Shown in pieces: positions 26,101 to 37,433 of a stretch of DNA of 60,000 bases (position 1 is its first letter; every line of letters starts with the position of its first letter). Below the pieces are notes generated by a model. That model made no database searches and had not been told where the DNA came from. It saw only the letters and a program-made list of their open reading frames with translations. A program made the translations under genes and the position numbers. The DNA comes from Lytechinus pictus (Eukaryota), in NCBI RefSeq assembly GCF_037042905.1, contig NC_087251.1, forward strand, positions 48,982,001 through 49,042,000, read 5' to 3'.

Positions 26101-29100
26101 CCCATGCAGCCTCCAGAGCCACACCCAGCTGCTGCAGTCCAAGTGGATGGGCTTCGAGCTGCTCGAGACTCCTCCCCATCATGTCCCAGACGTGCTCTAT
26201 CGGGTTTAAGTCCGGGGACCTCGCTGGCCACTCCATACGCTCAATCCCCTGGCCCTCAAGGAACTCGGTCACCACCCTAGCTCGGTGGGCACGGGCATTG
26301 TCATCCATGAAAATGATGTTTTGTCCCACATTTTCTGCAAATGGCACCACTATAGGTTCAAGGACCTCATCCCTGTACCTCACTCCTGTCATTGCTCCCC
26401 CTGGGACCACGTAGAGACGAGTACGGTTGGCGTAGGTGATGCCTCCCCACACCATGACACTGCCTCCCCCATAACGGTCATGTTCTGCAATACAGGGGTC
26501 TGCAAATCTCTCTCCTGGTCGCCTCCAGACTCTCGAACGTCCATCATTGTGGTCAAGGGAAAATCTGCTCTCATCTGTGAACAGAACTCTACGCCATTGC
26601 TGTCTGGTCCATCTGACATGCTCCCAGGCCCAGTTGAGACGAATTCTTCTGTGAGCAGGGGTGAGTGGGACACACTGAGCTGGCCGTCTGGCATGCATAT
26701 TGGCTCTGTGAAGTCGGTTACGGATTGTTTGAGTGGAAACAATCATTCCAGTTGCTGCAGCGAAGTCATTGTTGAGGCGGCGTGCACTGTGAAAGCGGTT
26801 GCGGAGGCTGAGATTCGTCAAGTAGCGATCATCTCTAGGGGTTGTCGAAACTGGTCGGCCACTGCGGGGTCTCTCGGAGTATAGCCCTGTCTCTCGGTGT
26901 CTTTGATTTGCTCTGCTAATGACACTGTGTGACACGCCCATCATTCTGGCTACTCTTCGCTGACTGAGGCCATCTTCCAGCATCCCTAGGGCTCTGGCTA
27001 CATCTGTTTCACTTAGGTGGTGTCTTGGCATTGCTGTTGTAGGCAAGTTGTTGATTGTACAGACTAAAGACGGAAAATGCTTTGGAAGACACTTGTCTTA
27101 TGGCCCACTGCAATGATGCCAGAGACATCATGAAAGAACTGCATGTGTGAAATTGATGTCATTGTGTTTGATGGCATTCTGGACAGCTGTATCTTGGCAT
27201 TGCTATTGTCAGCAAGTTGTTGATTGTAGAGATAGTGCACGCCGCCTCAACAATGACTTCGCTGCAGCAACTGGAGTGATTGTTTCCACTCAAACAATCC
27301 GTAACCGACTTCACAGAGCCAATATGCATGCCAGACGGCCAGCTCAGTGTGTCCCACTCACCCCTGCTCACAGAAGAATTCGTCTCAACTGGGCCTGGGA
27401 GCATGTCAGATGGACCAGACAGCAATGGCGTAGAGTTCTGTTCACAGATGAGAGCAGATTTTCCCTTGACCACAATGATGGACGTTCGAGAGTCTGGAGG
27501 CGACCAGGAGAGAGATTTGCAGACCCCTGTATTGCAGAACATGACCGTTATGGGGGAGGCAGCGTCATGGTGTGGGGAGGCATCACCTACGCCAACCGTA
27601 CTCGTCTCTACGTGGTCCCAGGGGGAGCAATGACAGGAGTGAGGTACAGGGATGAGGTCCTTGAACCTATAGTGGTGCCATTTGCAGAAAATGTGGGACA
27701 AAACATCATTTTCATGGATGACAATGCCCGTGCCCACCGAGCTAGGGTGGTGACCGAGTTCCTTGAGGGCCAGGGGATTGAGCGTATGGAGTGGCCAGCG
27801 AGGTCCCCGGACTTAAACCCGATAGAGCACGTCTGGGACATGATGGGGAGGAGTCTCGAGCAGCTCAAAGCCCATCCACTTGGACTGCAGCAGCTGGGTG
27901 TGGCTCTGGAGGCTGCATGGGATGCACTGGACGTCAGAGACATCAATCGCCTCATCAGCTCCATGAGACAGCGCTGTGAAGCCGTTATTGCTGCAGGAGG
28001 TGGTCACACTCGTTACTGAACTGCCTGAAAGACACTCAGACATTCGTTTTTACCACTTCATGTCGGTAGCTGATACCCCTCGGGGCCCACTTTTCAGGAT
28101 GTGCAGTGATGCGAGAGACATTGTGCAACAACTGAAACCACCCATGCGTGAAATTGATTACAGCGTGTTTAAGGACATTTAGGACAGTTGTACTGAGGTA
28201 TTTCCAGAAATAAAACACCTTGTATAAAATCTTTATGTACGTTTTAAAAAGTGGTCCTTAACTTTTTTTGAGTAGTGTATTATAATTACACCCAGACTTT
28301 TAGGAATAATTTTATTGACAATCCTGAAGAACAGAAGCAAAGTGGAGATTTTCTTGGCTACTTTCACTTGGGTTGATCGGATTCGAACATTTTCTCTTTC
28401 GTGAGTGAGCTGGCCTGGCGCGAACCAAGGGAGCTCCGGCCTGCTTCGCGGGCCGGAGCTCCCTGGGTTAGCGTGGCGCTGGCTGGCTGTGCGTGCCTTG
28501 CAACAAAAAGGCAATTTTTTCAGGAATCCCTCGGCCCTCAGAGACTTTAAACAGGCCACATATAAGTCTTTACACTTACAGGGCCAGGCAAGCTCATCTA
28601 CCACTACTGCAGCCCCTTCCCCCTCTGGACAATAAAGGTATTTTCATGTTGAATGCCTTCTTTTATGAATCATGTTATGTTCTACTGTATTGCCTGAAGC
28701 TTGAAGTATATTTTTAGTCAATGACAATTCATGAAATCTCTCTAATGTGCATTTAAATCTATGTGCCAAAAGTTTTGATGGTTTAGACAGCTGTCAGATA
28801 CTATCAAATGTTGTTTCTTAATGTGTTTTGCTACCCAAAACTCCCGTCCGTGGGACGTTTCGCCGCGCGCTCCCTCACAAAATCATACCTCTGCAAAATC
28901 TTCCAGATTCTATCATCCCAATGTTGGCAGCTCTGGTAATGTGAGTTTGCTTTTCAGGACCAAACACACGCCCATGATGTACCGTGATTCATTTTTTGCT
29001 ATTGAAAGCTACATAATTTCCTTCTTAATCAAAGATATCCTTGAATATTTTCAATTCAAATTATAACTTCTGGCAATAGGCTCGTAGATACGATTAAATC

Positions 29101-32100
29101 TCTCATTGAGTTGATATTTGCTTCTATTTCCATTAAAAATTGATTCATTAAATTAAAATGATGAACCTTAAACATTATTTGTTTTATATTTCTTCCTCTC
29201 AGACATGTCAAAAGGGAGTGATAGCCCAACCATGTAATAGCCAAGCTCTGTGTCACCTGGGCACCTCCCAGCTAGCCATGTACGAGAATGACCCGACCTC
29301 TGACCTAGGAAAGCAAGCACTCCTTGATGCTAGGTTGTCCTTTAGGGCAAGCATTGAGAAAGAGGGCAAGCCAAGTATAGGTGGTGACCTGCCGACTCAG
29401 ATGACAGGTGATTAGATCGTTTTTAATTTTCTTTTTAAAAAGCTATCCATTGTAGGATACAACCATGCATATTGTAGCCTTGTAGCTCATTGAGAGATCT
29501 CCAAGCCACTGCCCCCAATGGCTGGCTTATTTAATGAATTTTTATATCAAAGAAATTTATAGATTTACTCAGTTTCCAACTTACTTTAACCATAGCCTGG
29601 AGGCCTCTGAGCTAAAAAGAAAGGCACATCTAATGAATTATGTGGTGTTTTGCTATGAGATTATTTGTTACAAGACATTCTTAAAGGCCTAATGCCCTCT
29701 ATTGAAAATAACAAATATAGAAAAGACACCACATTGGTCTCTAGAGAGGACTATTTAGAGTTTTATCTGTAATCCTTGGAAAACAATTTCTTAAATTGAA
29801 AGAGACACCAAGAATATTGATTCCTTGTTCTGGGGAGACGTTCCCCTATCTGGTGTGGTTTGTGGCATGTTTTATGATACAAGATTCAAGGTAGATTAGA
29901 TTCTCTTGTTATATTAGAAGTATTCAATTTTATCTTCCTTCTTCCCCCCCCCCCCCCTTCCTGATATTCAGAACAAGGTTGGTGGCAGGAGAAAAAGAAG
30001 AAGGAAGAGGCGGCAGCAGCCAGTAAGGCAGCACCAGCAGATAAGGGTAAGGGTGTGGCCTCCAAGGCTGCCCCAGCTAGGGGAGCACCTGCAAGGGGTG
30101 CACCAGCAGGGAGGGGTACTACTACACCAAGGGGTGCAACCAGAGGCGGTCCAGCAGGTGGGTTTATTGTCTAGTTCTATCATGAATATTGAAATAGTAC
30201 ACAGCAAGGACATGCATTACATTTTCTGACTTGCTATTATCAATGCAGAGCTGCCAACCATTACGTTTTTTCATTCAAATTACGGCATTATGGTTTTTCT
30301 TTTCAAATTACGTTTTTTGACAATTTTGATAATGTGTGTACATAATTGTATGTATGTGTAGTGCGTGTTGAGCCCGAGATGAGCCTGGTACTTGCGCGTG
30401 CGTAGTCGCCCGCCGGCCGGTTTTCCAACTCACTTTAATAATTTGATAGTGCGCGCGTACATACGTTTATAGTTGAACATGCGAGCGGCATGCATGGCAC
30501 GAATCGCGATGTATAGCGACTGGTAAATACGTCTGTAAGGATGATGACGTCATCCAAGATGGCAACTTACGATGACCAACGAAAGGATCGAGGATGATTA
30601 TGTTTTGATCATCATTTGAAAGGAAATAGCAGTAACTGCGGTCTAAGGTACGATATTTCTGAATTTTATATATCTTATCTTAAATTTGCATGTAATTTCT
30701 TTCCTATAAAGTGATGTTTTATTTAAAAAAAAACGATCCTAAAATCGGATTTCCGCCGAATGATAGATCTAACGCAACTGCTAATACGTTGTCTTTACGC
30801 ACGGGCCAACACTCTGTCTGGTTATTATTCATCGACTCGTATCAAACAAATACGATAAATTCGGCTTTGAAAAGACCGGGAAAGCTCTTCATTGTCCCCT
30901 GAAGTACTAATTCTGGGTGATATTCAACATTTATTGATAGTTTCACATGATTTATACTAGAGAGATGTCCTACTGCTTTTGGAATTCTTTTAAAAAGTCG
31001 GCACTGTAGCATTCAGTTTAGCAGGAATGGGAAGATTTCTTCCCCGGTTCTGGCGGCCTAGATGTCTGCTCTATAGTGCTGTCACTGCTGGGGATGATTG
31101 AGTGTGCGTGCAGTGTGATTGAGGCTGAGCTGTGTACATCGTGAAGTGATCTACGATGGGACTTTTGTGGAATGATTTCAACTTCTAGATCTATTTGAAT
31201 TTTAGATTAGATTGATTTATGAATAATTTTTTTATATTTGTGGAATGTTATATATGTACTTCCATTTTATGACACTTTAATTTTAAAGGTTACTGTTTGG
31301 CAAAAACAATGTTACTTGGGAAGAGAAGTCTGAATTGATGTGAACTTTTATTTTATTTCTCTTAGTCTACAATTTGGTAGTTTGTCAGGAAACTCAACAC
31401 AAAACAATGTATTATTTTAAAAGTGGAAAGGTAGCCCCAGAAAAACGGTGCCCTAAAAATGTTCACCAGAACTGATTTTGGTGCCCCTGAAAGAATTTTT
31501 TCTCGACAGATCTTTACTCTGATAAGCATCATAAGGCATGTAAGGAAGTGCCGGAGTAGGTTGCACTACAAAATTAAAGTCCTACTTGTCTTTTTGAAAA
31601 ATTTGCCTTGGTGCCCTTTTGACTAGAATAAAAGTGGCCTTCATGCCCTTAAGCATGGCGTTGATGCCCCTTGAAATTTTGGGGCATCCAAGGCCACTTT
31701 GCCGGTTGCCCCAAGCTGAAAGTGCCCTTTTAAAAATGGCCTTTCCCCTCTCAATTCTTAATTCGAGCCCTGCTACTGACTTAATTTAAGTTGGTAGATT
31801 TTGTCAAAACAGGCCCAAGACTAAGGGTCCAATTTGTAACACTAGGTTACTTAGCCCAGACTAGGCCTAGAGATTTTTTTTTTTATTGTTCACTGCATAC
31901 ATACTTTTTACATTGGATATTTGTCACGTGTGGTTTTAAGGTTCGTTTTAACATATTCCTTTTTTTTGTTGGAAATTCCTTTTTTTGGCCAGAATGATTC
32001 CTTTTTTTGCTTGCACAAGGTTGGCAGCTCTGTCAATGGCAACACTAGAATTGGGCCTTTGAAATTCACTGTTTTCATTTTTATGACTACTTGTAATTGA

Positions 32101-35100
32101 AATTTTTACTTCTTTCTAATTCTCCATTTCCTCTATTTAATCTGTCTTTCTCTTTGATCCCAGTGCCAGTTAGTAGGAAAATAAAATACACAAGAATAAA
32201 CAATAACGAAATAAAGTTGCAGAATTCATGCACAATAGTTTATGAAGTATATACATGCATGGCCAGATGCTGCAGAAAATTGTGAAAACTTACAATTTTA
32301 ACTGAAAGTTTTCACAAAATTCACCAATAGTAAGCACAAATTCCTTTATCTTCACCTTACAAAATGCAAAAGTGCCCCAATGACAAGCCAGGTCACTTCA
32401 CTCCCTCGCTTTCAACTTTTTTCGAAAAAGTTTACAAGTCCTGCCCCCCAGCAAAAAATTTCTGCGTATGGCCATGTTTATTTGCCATTTTCTTAATAAG
32501 AGTAACATAAACTTCATTTTTACAGCTAAGACGGGTGCAGTCAAGGCAGCGCCAAGGGGAGGCGCAGCCCGTGGGCGTGGCACTACCTCTGGGCCAGGCA
32601 AGGCTGCCCCAGCCCGTGGAAGAGGGGGCAGTACCACCAGCGTGGCCAAACCTGCCGCAGGGGCTAAATCAGGTCCAGCTAGCAAGACTGCTGCAGCTCC
32701 AGCCAAGGCAGCACCCACTCCATCTCCAGAGCCAAGTAAGGAGGCTGCTGCCAAATCAGGTAAGTCCTTTCCACAAATATCATTCCTCTGCCCACCATCA
32801 TAGGTGTTTGCCAGAAGCATTATGCTCTCAATTTGTCCATTCGTATTTCCGGTTTTTGTTCTCGCAATATTATGAACCATTGAAAGATCAACTTCCAACC
32901 TTGTCCAAGTATGCATATCGGAGTGAAAATCAGGTTAAGTTTTAATTTATCTATTGAAAAGTAAAGCTTTCATTTTGCAATTGAATGATACAGTGCACCT
33001 CTGACTCGATTCATAGCGGATTATATATCCCAGTAGTTATAGAAATATATTTTTACAAGTAAGGCTTGTAGTCAATAATACTGCGGTTTCTTTTATATTG
33101 ATTCAATAAAACACATAGAAAAATACTGAGGTTTCTAAGGGCACAATACTTTGAATTAATTACTGGATTCTAAAATTATAGCATAATCAATCAATTAATA
33201 GTCTTCTTCTAAAAACATAACAAACAAGCAAAGATATAAAACAGCATTGATATGTGTTTTTTCTAGTGTTTTAATGAAATTCTATGTAGTTATTGAATTT
33301 AGATTTGATGAATGTATAACTATTTCTGATTTTGTTATTTGTGTTTTTTCCATGTACCTGCGACAGAGACTAGCCCAGTGCCTGCCAATGCTCCTCTGAA
33401 TCGCATGAGCTACCTTCCACGTCTTGGCCTAGCGAGGGCGCTAGCTAAAGAGACGGAAAATACCAAAGAATCGAGAATGCTCTATGATGATGTCATCACT
33501 ATGGCACCTCAGGTTAGTCAATATTTGATGAGAACCTTTCCACTTGCTCCCACAGCAATTTGCTTAAGGCATAGTTTTATTTGGAGGGATAAGAAAGTTA
33601 CTTTATGGGAAGTAGTAAACAAGGGATTATTCGAACAAAAGCATTTTTTTCTAAATCACTCGCGATTTCTGGTGACTTTTCAGAAAATAATTCAAATGAT
33701 CACCTTCCCATCTTCACAGTCAACGCAATGCCCGAATCGTTCCTGCAGGCAACTTTCCGCATGAAATGTGCATATTATAACTTTTTCACATTAAAATGTT
33801 GTCACGATTATTGTGATCGTAACATTGTGCAAGTCATGTCATTACGTTCATCCGATATCAATGGTTCTTGATGGAGAATGTGCCACATTTTGGGGGACTA
33901 CTTTTCACAGCCTACTGGATAAGTTTTAACATTGTGGTGAATAGGATTTCCAGGGATCTTTGGAGCATTTCAGGGGTGAAATTACCACAAGACCCTGTGT
34001 AATTTTTTCACTGCTGCATAATATTTGATATGCATATTAATTATGCATTAATTTCTCAATTTTCTGTATTCAACTTAGATCCATGATGCCTACATAGAGC
34101 TAGCTGAACTCCATATTAAGACGGAGCCCCTCCAAGCTGTTGATGTATACGCCCGCTATCCATTCTCAGACGAAGAGTCATATGACGATGCTTTCCTCCA
34201 TGGCGAGATCCTCCGTCTGCTCATGAAGCATGAAAAGTTTGATGACCCCAGACTGGAGAAGCACATGATTGCATATGGCAGGATACTTGGCAAAGGTAAT
34301 TCATGCCTAATCTTTTTGTTTGTGAAATGGGTCCAAATGTATTTTGTTGTTTTCTTAAATTTCTTATGTATTTCTCTATTCTTTCATCTTTTGTTTTTCA
34401 TTGGTTTTTATCAATGGAAATTTTACAGACAATTTAACAACTAAATTAAACCCTACATTAATTAAGCAGACCAATTAGAACGAAAAATAATCACCGTTTT
34501 ATGAATTTCATCTCCCTTAGACTTTGTATACTAAGTACAAAAATGAGCCATTTTCGACATGACATTGTCTCGTAAAATGTAATGTGGAGTTGCGATGCTA
34601 TACCTGTATGTCGCAAATTCCATCTCAAAAGTTGCGCGAGACCTAAAAAAAAGTCATAAAATTTTGCGTCGCTATCTTTTTGAGTTTCTGAAATATCGCG
34701 TGAAGCATTGAGGGGGGGCATCATGGCCCACCCCCCCCCCCCCCAGTCCTTTTAGGGTTAAACCAGATTTGATGATATAATAAATTTGTATAGCGCAGTC
34801 ACTATATAACTATACTCTACTGCACTTAGTTTACTCCTACTGCTTATACTAACTAAAAATCATGATCTACTTAATAGCTTCCTTAAACAGATTTGACATG
34901 CAGCCTTGAATTTGGTTCTTTTTCAAGTCTTATTTTAATGCTAGTTTGTTCTTTTATCAACCCAGATGAATAATGGGAAAGGGTGGGGGTAATTACATGA
35001 TTACAGTCAAACCTGCAGAGGAAGAAAATCCTGTTTTCAAAAGGGTTTGGAAATGTTTATTCAATGTATTAGTAGCATATCAATTCTTCAGAATACCAGT

Positions 35101-35360
35101 TTGATTTCCATTCTAGTTATCTTCTCATGGTAGCTGATTAACAGACCCAGATAGTTTCATGATGTACACCTTTATTTGATCCTGAGTCAATTTTTCATTT
35201 TCTTTTCCTCCACTATACAGGATGTATTGAGAAGTATGTTCAAATCCTGGAGGCTAAGTTCAAGAATGAGCTTCTGATGAACGTCTATGCTGCCGTCAAC
35301 CACAAAGCAGTGGATGATCCGGACATGCAGGCATTCTTTAAGTTTAAGATGTGGCTATAG
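11136..35360 (+). CDS. Uncharacterized ~1137-aa protein: 2x cadherin-like beta-sandwich, U-box, 2x TRAF-type zinc finger, TPR-like repeats (putative E3 ubiquitin ligase)
   Basis: 20 phase-consistent GT-AG exons: 11136-11297, 13270-13474, 14432-14598, 15016-15142, 16202-16372, 16911-16996, 17883-17999, 18520-18634, 19127-19302, 20245-20490, 21819-22027, 23233-23370, 23990-24127, 24734-24962, 29203-29407, 29972-30157, 32526-32759, 33367-33512, 34079-34295, 35221-35360 (3414 nt, ending FFKFKMWL*). Motifs: LSPKFERNTTEY and VSAEDGTSKLY; LVPDFSPDTLAY and VTSADGSNKQTY; YECPIT...DPLDGTPL; CIYCYTGC...HIKTC; CKEC...HMANMC. AATAAA at ~36266. Confidence 0.88.
11462..12667. mobile_element. Non-autonomous DNA transposon with 9-bp TSD (AcademH-like)
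   Basis: GAGTTGTCC is duplicated at 11453-11461 and 12668-12676. Right end GGTCTAGTCTA. The 3' ~370 bp is homologous to ~22475-22837. Confidence 0.6.
15858..16004. mobile_element. PIF/Harbinger-type MITE
   Basis: TIR GGGGCCCGTTGCAGAAAGAGTTGC / GCAACTCTTTCTGCAACAGGCCCC, flanked by TCA and TGA. Confidence 0.7.
20856..21342. mobile_element. MITE with C(G)nCACTC termini and 8-bp TSD
   Basis: CGGGG..GCACTC and GAGTGC..CCCCG ends. GTGCAATA is duplicated at 20848-20855 and 21343-21350. Confidence 0.8.
22389..22837. mobile_element. Non-autonomous DNA transposon, TAGAC...GTCTA termini, 9-bp TSD (AcademH-like)
   Basis: ATAATACCC is duplicated at 22380-22388 and 22838-22846. Homologous to ~12290-12662. 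Confidence 0.75.
26003..27031 (-). CDS. Tc1-family DD34E transposase (342 aa, apparently intact)
   Basis: MPRHHLSE start, N-terminal HTH, SGRP motif, catalytic FTDESRF / MDDNAR / SPDLNPIE with a 34-residue D-E spacing, GGHTRY end. Confidence 0.93.
   Translation of the reverse strand: MPRHHLSETDVARALGMLEDGLSQRRVARMMGVSHSVISRANQRHRETGLYSERPRSGRPVSTTPRDDRYLTNLSLRNRFHSARRLNNDFAAATGMIVSTQTIRNRLHRANMHARRPAQCVPLTPAHRRIRLNWAWEHVRWTRQQWRRVLFTDESRFSLDHNDGRSRVWRRPGERFADPCIAEHDRYGGGSVMVWGGITYANRTRLYVVPGGAMTGVRYRDEVLEPIVVPFAENVGQNIIFMDDNARAHRARVVTEFLEGQGIERMEWPARSPDLNPIEHVWDMMGRSLEQLEAHPLGLQQLGVALEAAWDALDVRDINRLISSMRQRCEAVIAAGGGHTRY
27234..28019 (+). pseudogene. 5'-truncated inverted duplicate of the Tc1 transposase
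   Basis: Matches the minus-strand copy from SARRLNND onward with ~3 substitutions seen. It lacks the first HTH and the native ATG. Confidence 0.88.
30246..32032. mobile_element. hAT-like non-autonomous element with 6-bp TSD
   Basis: TIR CAGAGCTGCCAACC / GGTTGGCAGCTCTG. TCAATG is duplicated at 30240-30245 and 32033-32038. Confidence 0.8.
34451..34757. mobile_element. Short degenerate piggyBac-like MITE
   Basis: CCCTA...TAGGG followed by TTAA. The 3' part resembles ~37200-37433. Confidence 0.5.
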
Positions 35361-35399
35361 TCAGATTCACACGTATCATCTTATTGGGGACAGTTGCGA

Positions 35400-35706
35400 A
35401 TGTTTCTCTCGACAGCCTATTCTAACTGAATCAAGATCCTTACGTTCCTCTTTTTCCAATTCTCTTGTTACCCCAAAAATTTCCAAAACCTGGGGTGAAA
35501 GATCATTTGTTTACTCATCTTCTATTAAGCTATGGAATAGCCTCCCTCAAAACATCAAACAGTGCTTGACTTCTGAACCTTTCAAACATTACCTCAAAAC
35601 ATTTCTGTTCAATTCTTCTTAATTTCTTTTATAATTTCCTAAAAAGCGCCTTGAGCACTCTACAGAGTGGATTTGGTGCGATATAAGTCTAATTATTATT
35701 ATTATT
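35400..35706 (+). mobile_element. L2/CR1-group LINE 3' end in the 3' UTR
   Basis: Translates as KTWGERSF...KLWNSLPQNIK...FKHYLKTFLF, followed by an AAGCGCCTTGAG tail motif and (TTA)n. Confidence 0.75.
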
Positions 35707-36670
35707 AATCACGGGGCCCCATCTGCATTGGAAATGACAAAGATAGTATTTCAACTGAAATGGCTAAATAATGACCGTTACTGCATGAATTCTGAACTCC
35801 TGGGCCGGTATTCAATTGAAAGAATTGAATATTTTGCTTGGCATTTTACTTGGCTAAGCAAAAGTCACAAATGCCACATCAGGGTGAAGACTGACCAATT
35901 GGTTAGTGTTATGGCATCTATGTTTTTATTTTCTTGAACATATCACTTTTTTTTTAATACATGGTCTTGTCACCACCACAGTTGGCCATGTGAGAGGGTT
36001 TTACGTTAGAAAGATCAGAAGAAAAATAATATTTAGAAAAAGTGGAAAGGCCAATGCTGCCCGGTTTATGTGTGTTAAATTAGGCTGAAGTAGTTGATTT
36101 TATGGAAGAAAAATCACTGTCATTTGATGATCCGTCCAAAAACACTAGATTCCATCCAGAAGAAAAACCTTCCACATTATTTTATATCGTTGTGCCTTGC
36201 TGTGACTTTTTCTAACAGATCATAGTGTATACAGAGTTCTATTGTGTATACAGAGTTTTATTTTAAATAAAGTCATTTCTAAAGTTAAATGTTTACTAAA
36301 TTGTGTGTTTTGTGATTGTCAATATATGGAAGAATCATGGATATTGACCATGTTTGGCTGAAATGACAAAGAAGTTTGTAAGCCCATCAAATTTGCCCAT
36401 AATATTCACCTTCACATATCATCATGGAGAATAGCTGTAAATAAATTTTTTTTTAATGAAAATTTTGTCATTCCTGGTAAAATAAAACGAACCTTTGCCT
36501 TTTGAGACAAAAGAGAATAATAAAAAACATCACCTAACCCCTGGCCATGATGGCCAAGTAAAGCCTGCCCCCAAATAGAGTGATATGTTGCAATCCAAAT
36601 ATGGTTTTAAACTGTAATTAGATTATAACAGTCATTTTCAATAATTGAGTCCACCTGATTCAGCTTTTAA

Positions 36671-37433
36671 CCCTAAATCTCCCGGGGTATTTTGATTCTT
36701 GTCATTCCCGGGGGGGGGCCATTATGGCCCCCCCCTAAGATCTCGGCCGCCGATCGCACGAGCGACGCAAAAATTTGCACGCTGGTAGTGGGCGATGTAA
36801 TCTACAAGGCTGTATGGTAAAATTTTCCAAAATAATGAGATTTTAGTTTATATGAATTTATTATGCTAATTTATGCATAAATCATACTTTTTGCTCTAAT
36901 TCACTAAATAAAGCTCCTAGAATGCTAATTTTTTGTAAAAATATTCTTTGTGGCATTCTTAACAATCGCAATTCAAAAAAACTTTGGTTTGGAAATAAAT
37001 TTCTTATGTATTTTATTGGTTTATGAATTTCTTATGTATTTCTTTGTTTTTTTACTTTTTGTTTTTTATTGTTTTTTCAATGGAAATCGTTCCAGACTTA
37101 ATTCTGATCATAAACAAGGCAAAATTAATTCAGTTTAATCAGTAAAAGTAGAAATAATGATACATTTATGAATTTTGGCTAAATACACAATTTGCATTGG
37201 ATTTGTACATGAAATCACGTTTATGAGCAATTTTTGGTCTGACATGCGCTTACATAATGTTGCGTAATGTCGTAACCGCGTACCCGGGCGTCACAAATTT
37301 GGTCTCAAAATTTGCGCGAGACTTGAAAGTAAAAAGTCAGTGAGCGGCGAGGTCAAAAAATTTCGCGCAGCAGATATATCGCGAAAATTGTTGAGGGGGG
37401 GGCCATTATGGCCCCCCCCCGGGAGAATTAGGG
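36671..37433. mobile_element. piggyBac-like MITE
   Basis: TIR CCCTAAATCTCCCGGGG / CCCCGGGAGAATTAGGG. TTAA at 36667-36670 and 37434-37437. Confidence 0.85.

Larger units (their letters stand above)
25745..28277. mobile_element. Palindromic (foldback) Tc1 transposon
   Basis: Ends CACTACTCAAAAAAAGTTAAGG / CCTTAACTTTTTTTGAGTAGTG. TA TSD at 25743-25744 and 28278-28279. Arms 25745-26788 and 27234-28277 are near-perfect inverted copies. Confidence 0.95.
25217..28935. mobile_element. hAT-like MITE with 6-bp TSD, host of the Tc1 insertion
   Basis: TIR CAGAGCTTCCAA / TTGGCAGCTCTG. GTAATG is duplicated at 25211-25216 and 28936-28941. Confidence 0.75.

Noticed and set aside
27147..28019. 290-aa ORF as a second functional transposase
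   Set aside because: It starts at GTG in spacer sequence and lacks the first HTH, so it is a chimeric by-product of the inversion.
25804..28218. Many mirrored short ORFs around the transposase
   Set aside because: Alternative-frame and antisense shadows of the Tc1 sequence, duplicated by the palindrome.
32398..32945. 172-aa minus-strand and 136-aa alternative-frame ORFs
   Set aside because: Shadows of the GC-rich low-complexity exon 17.
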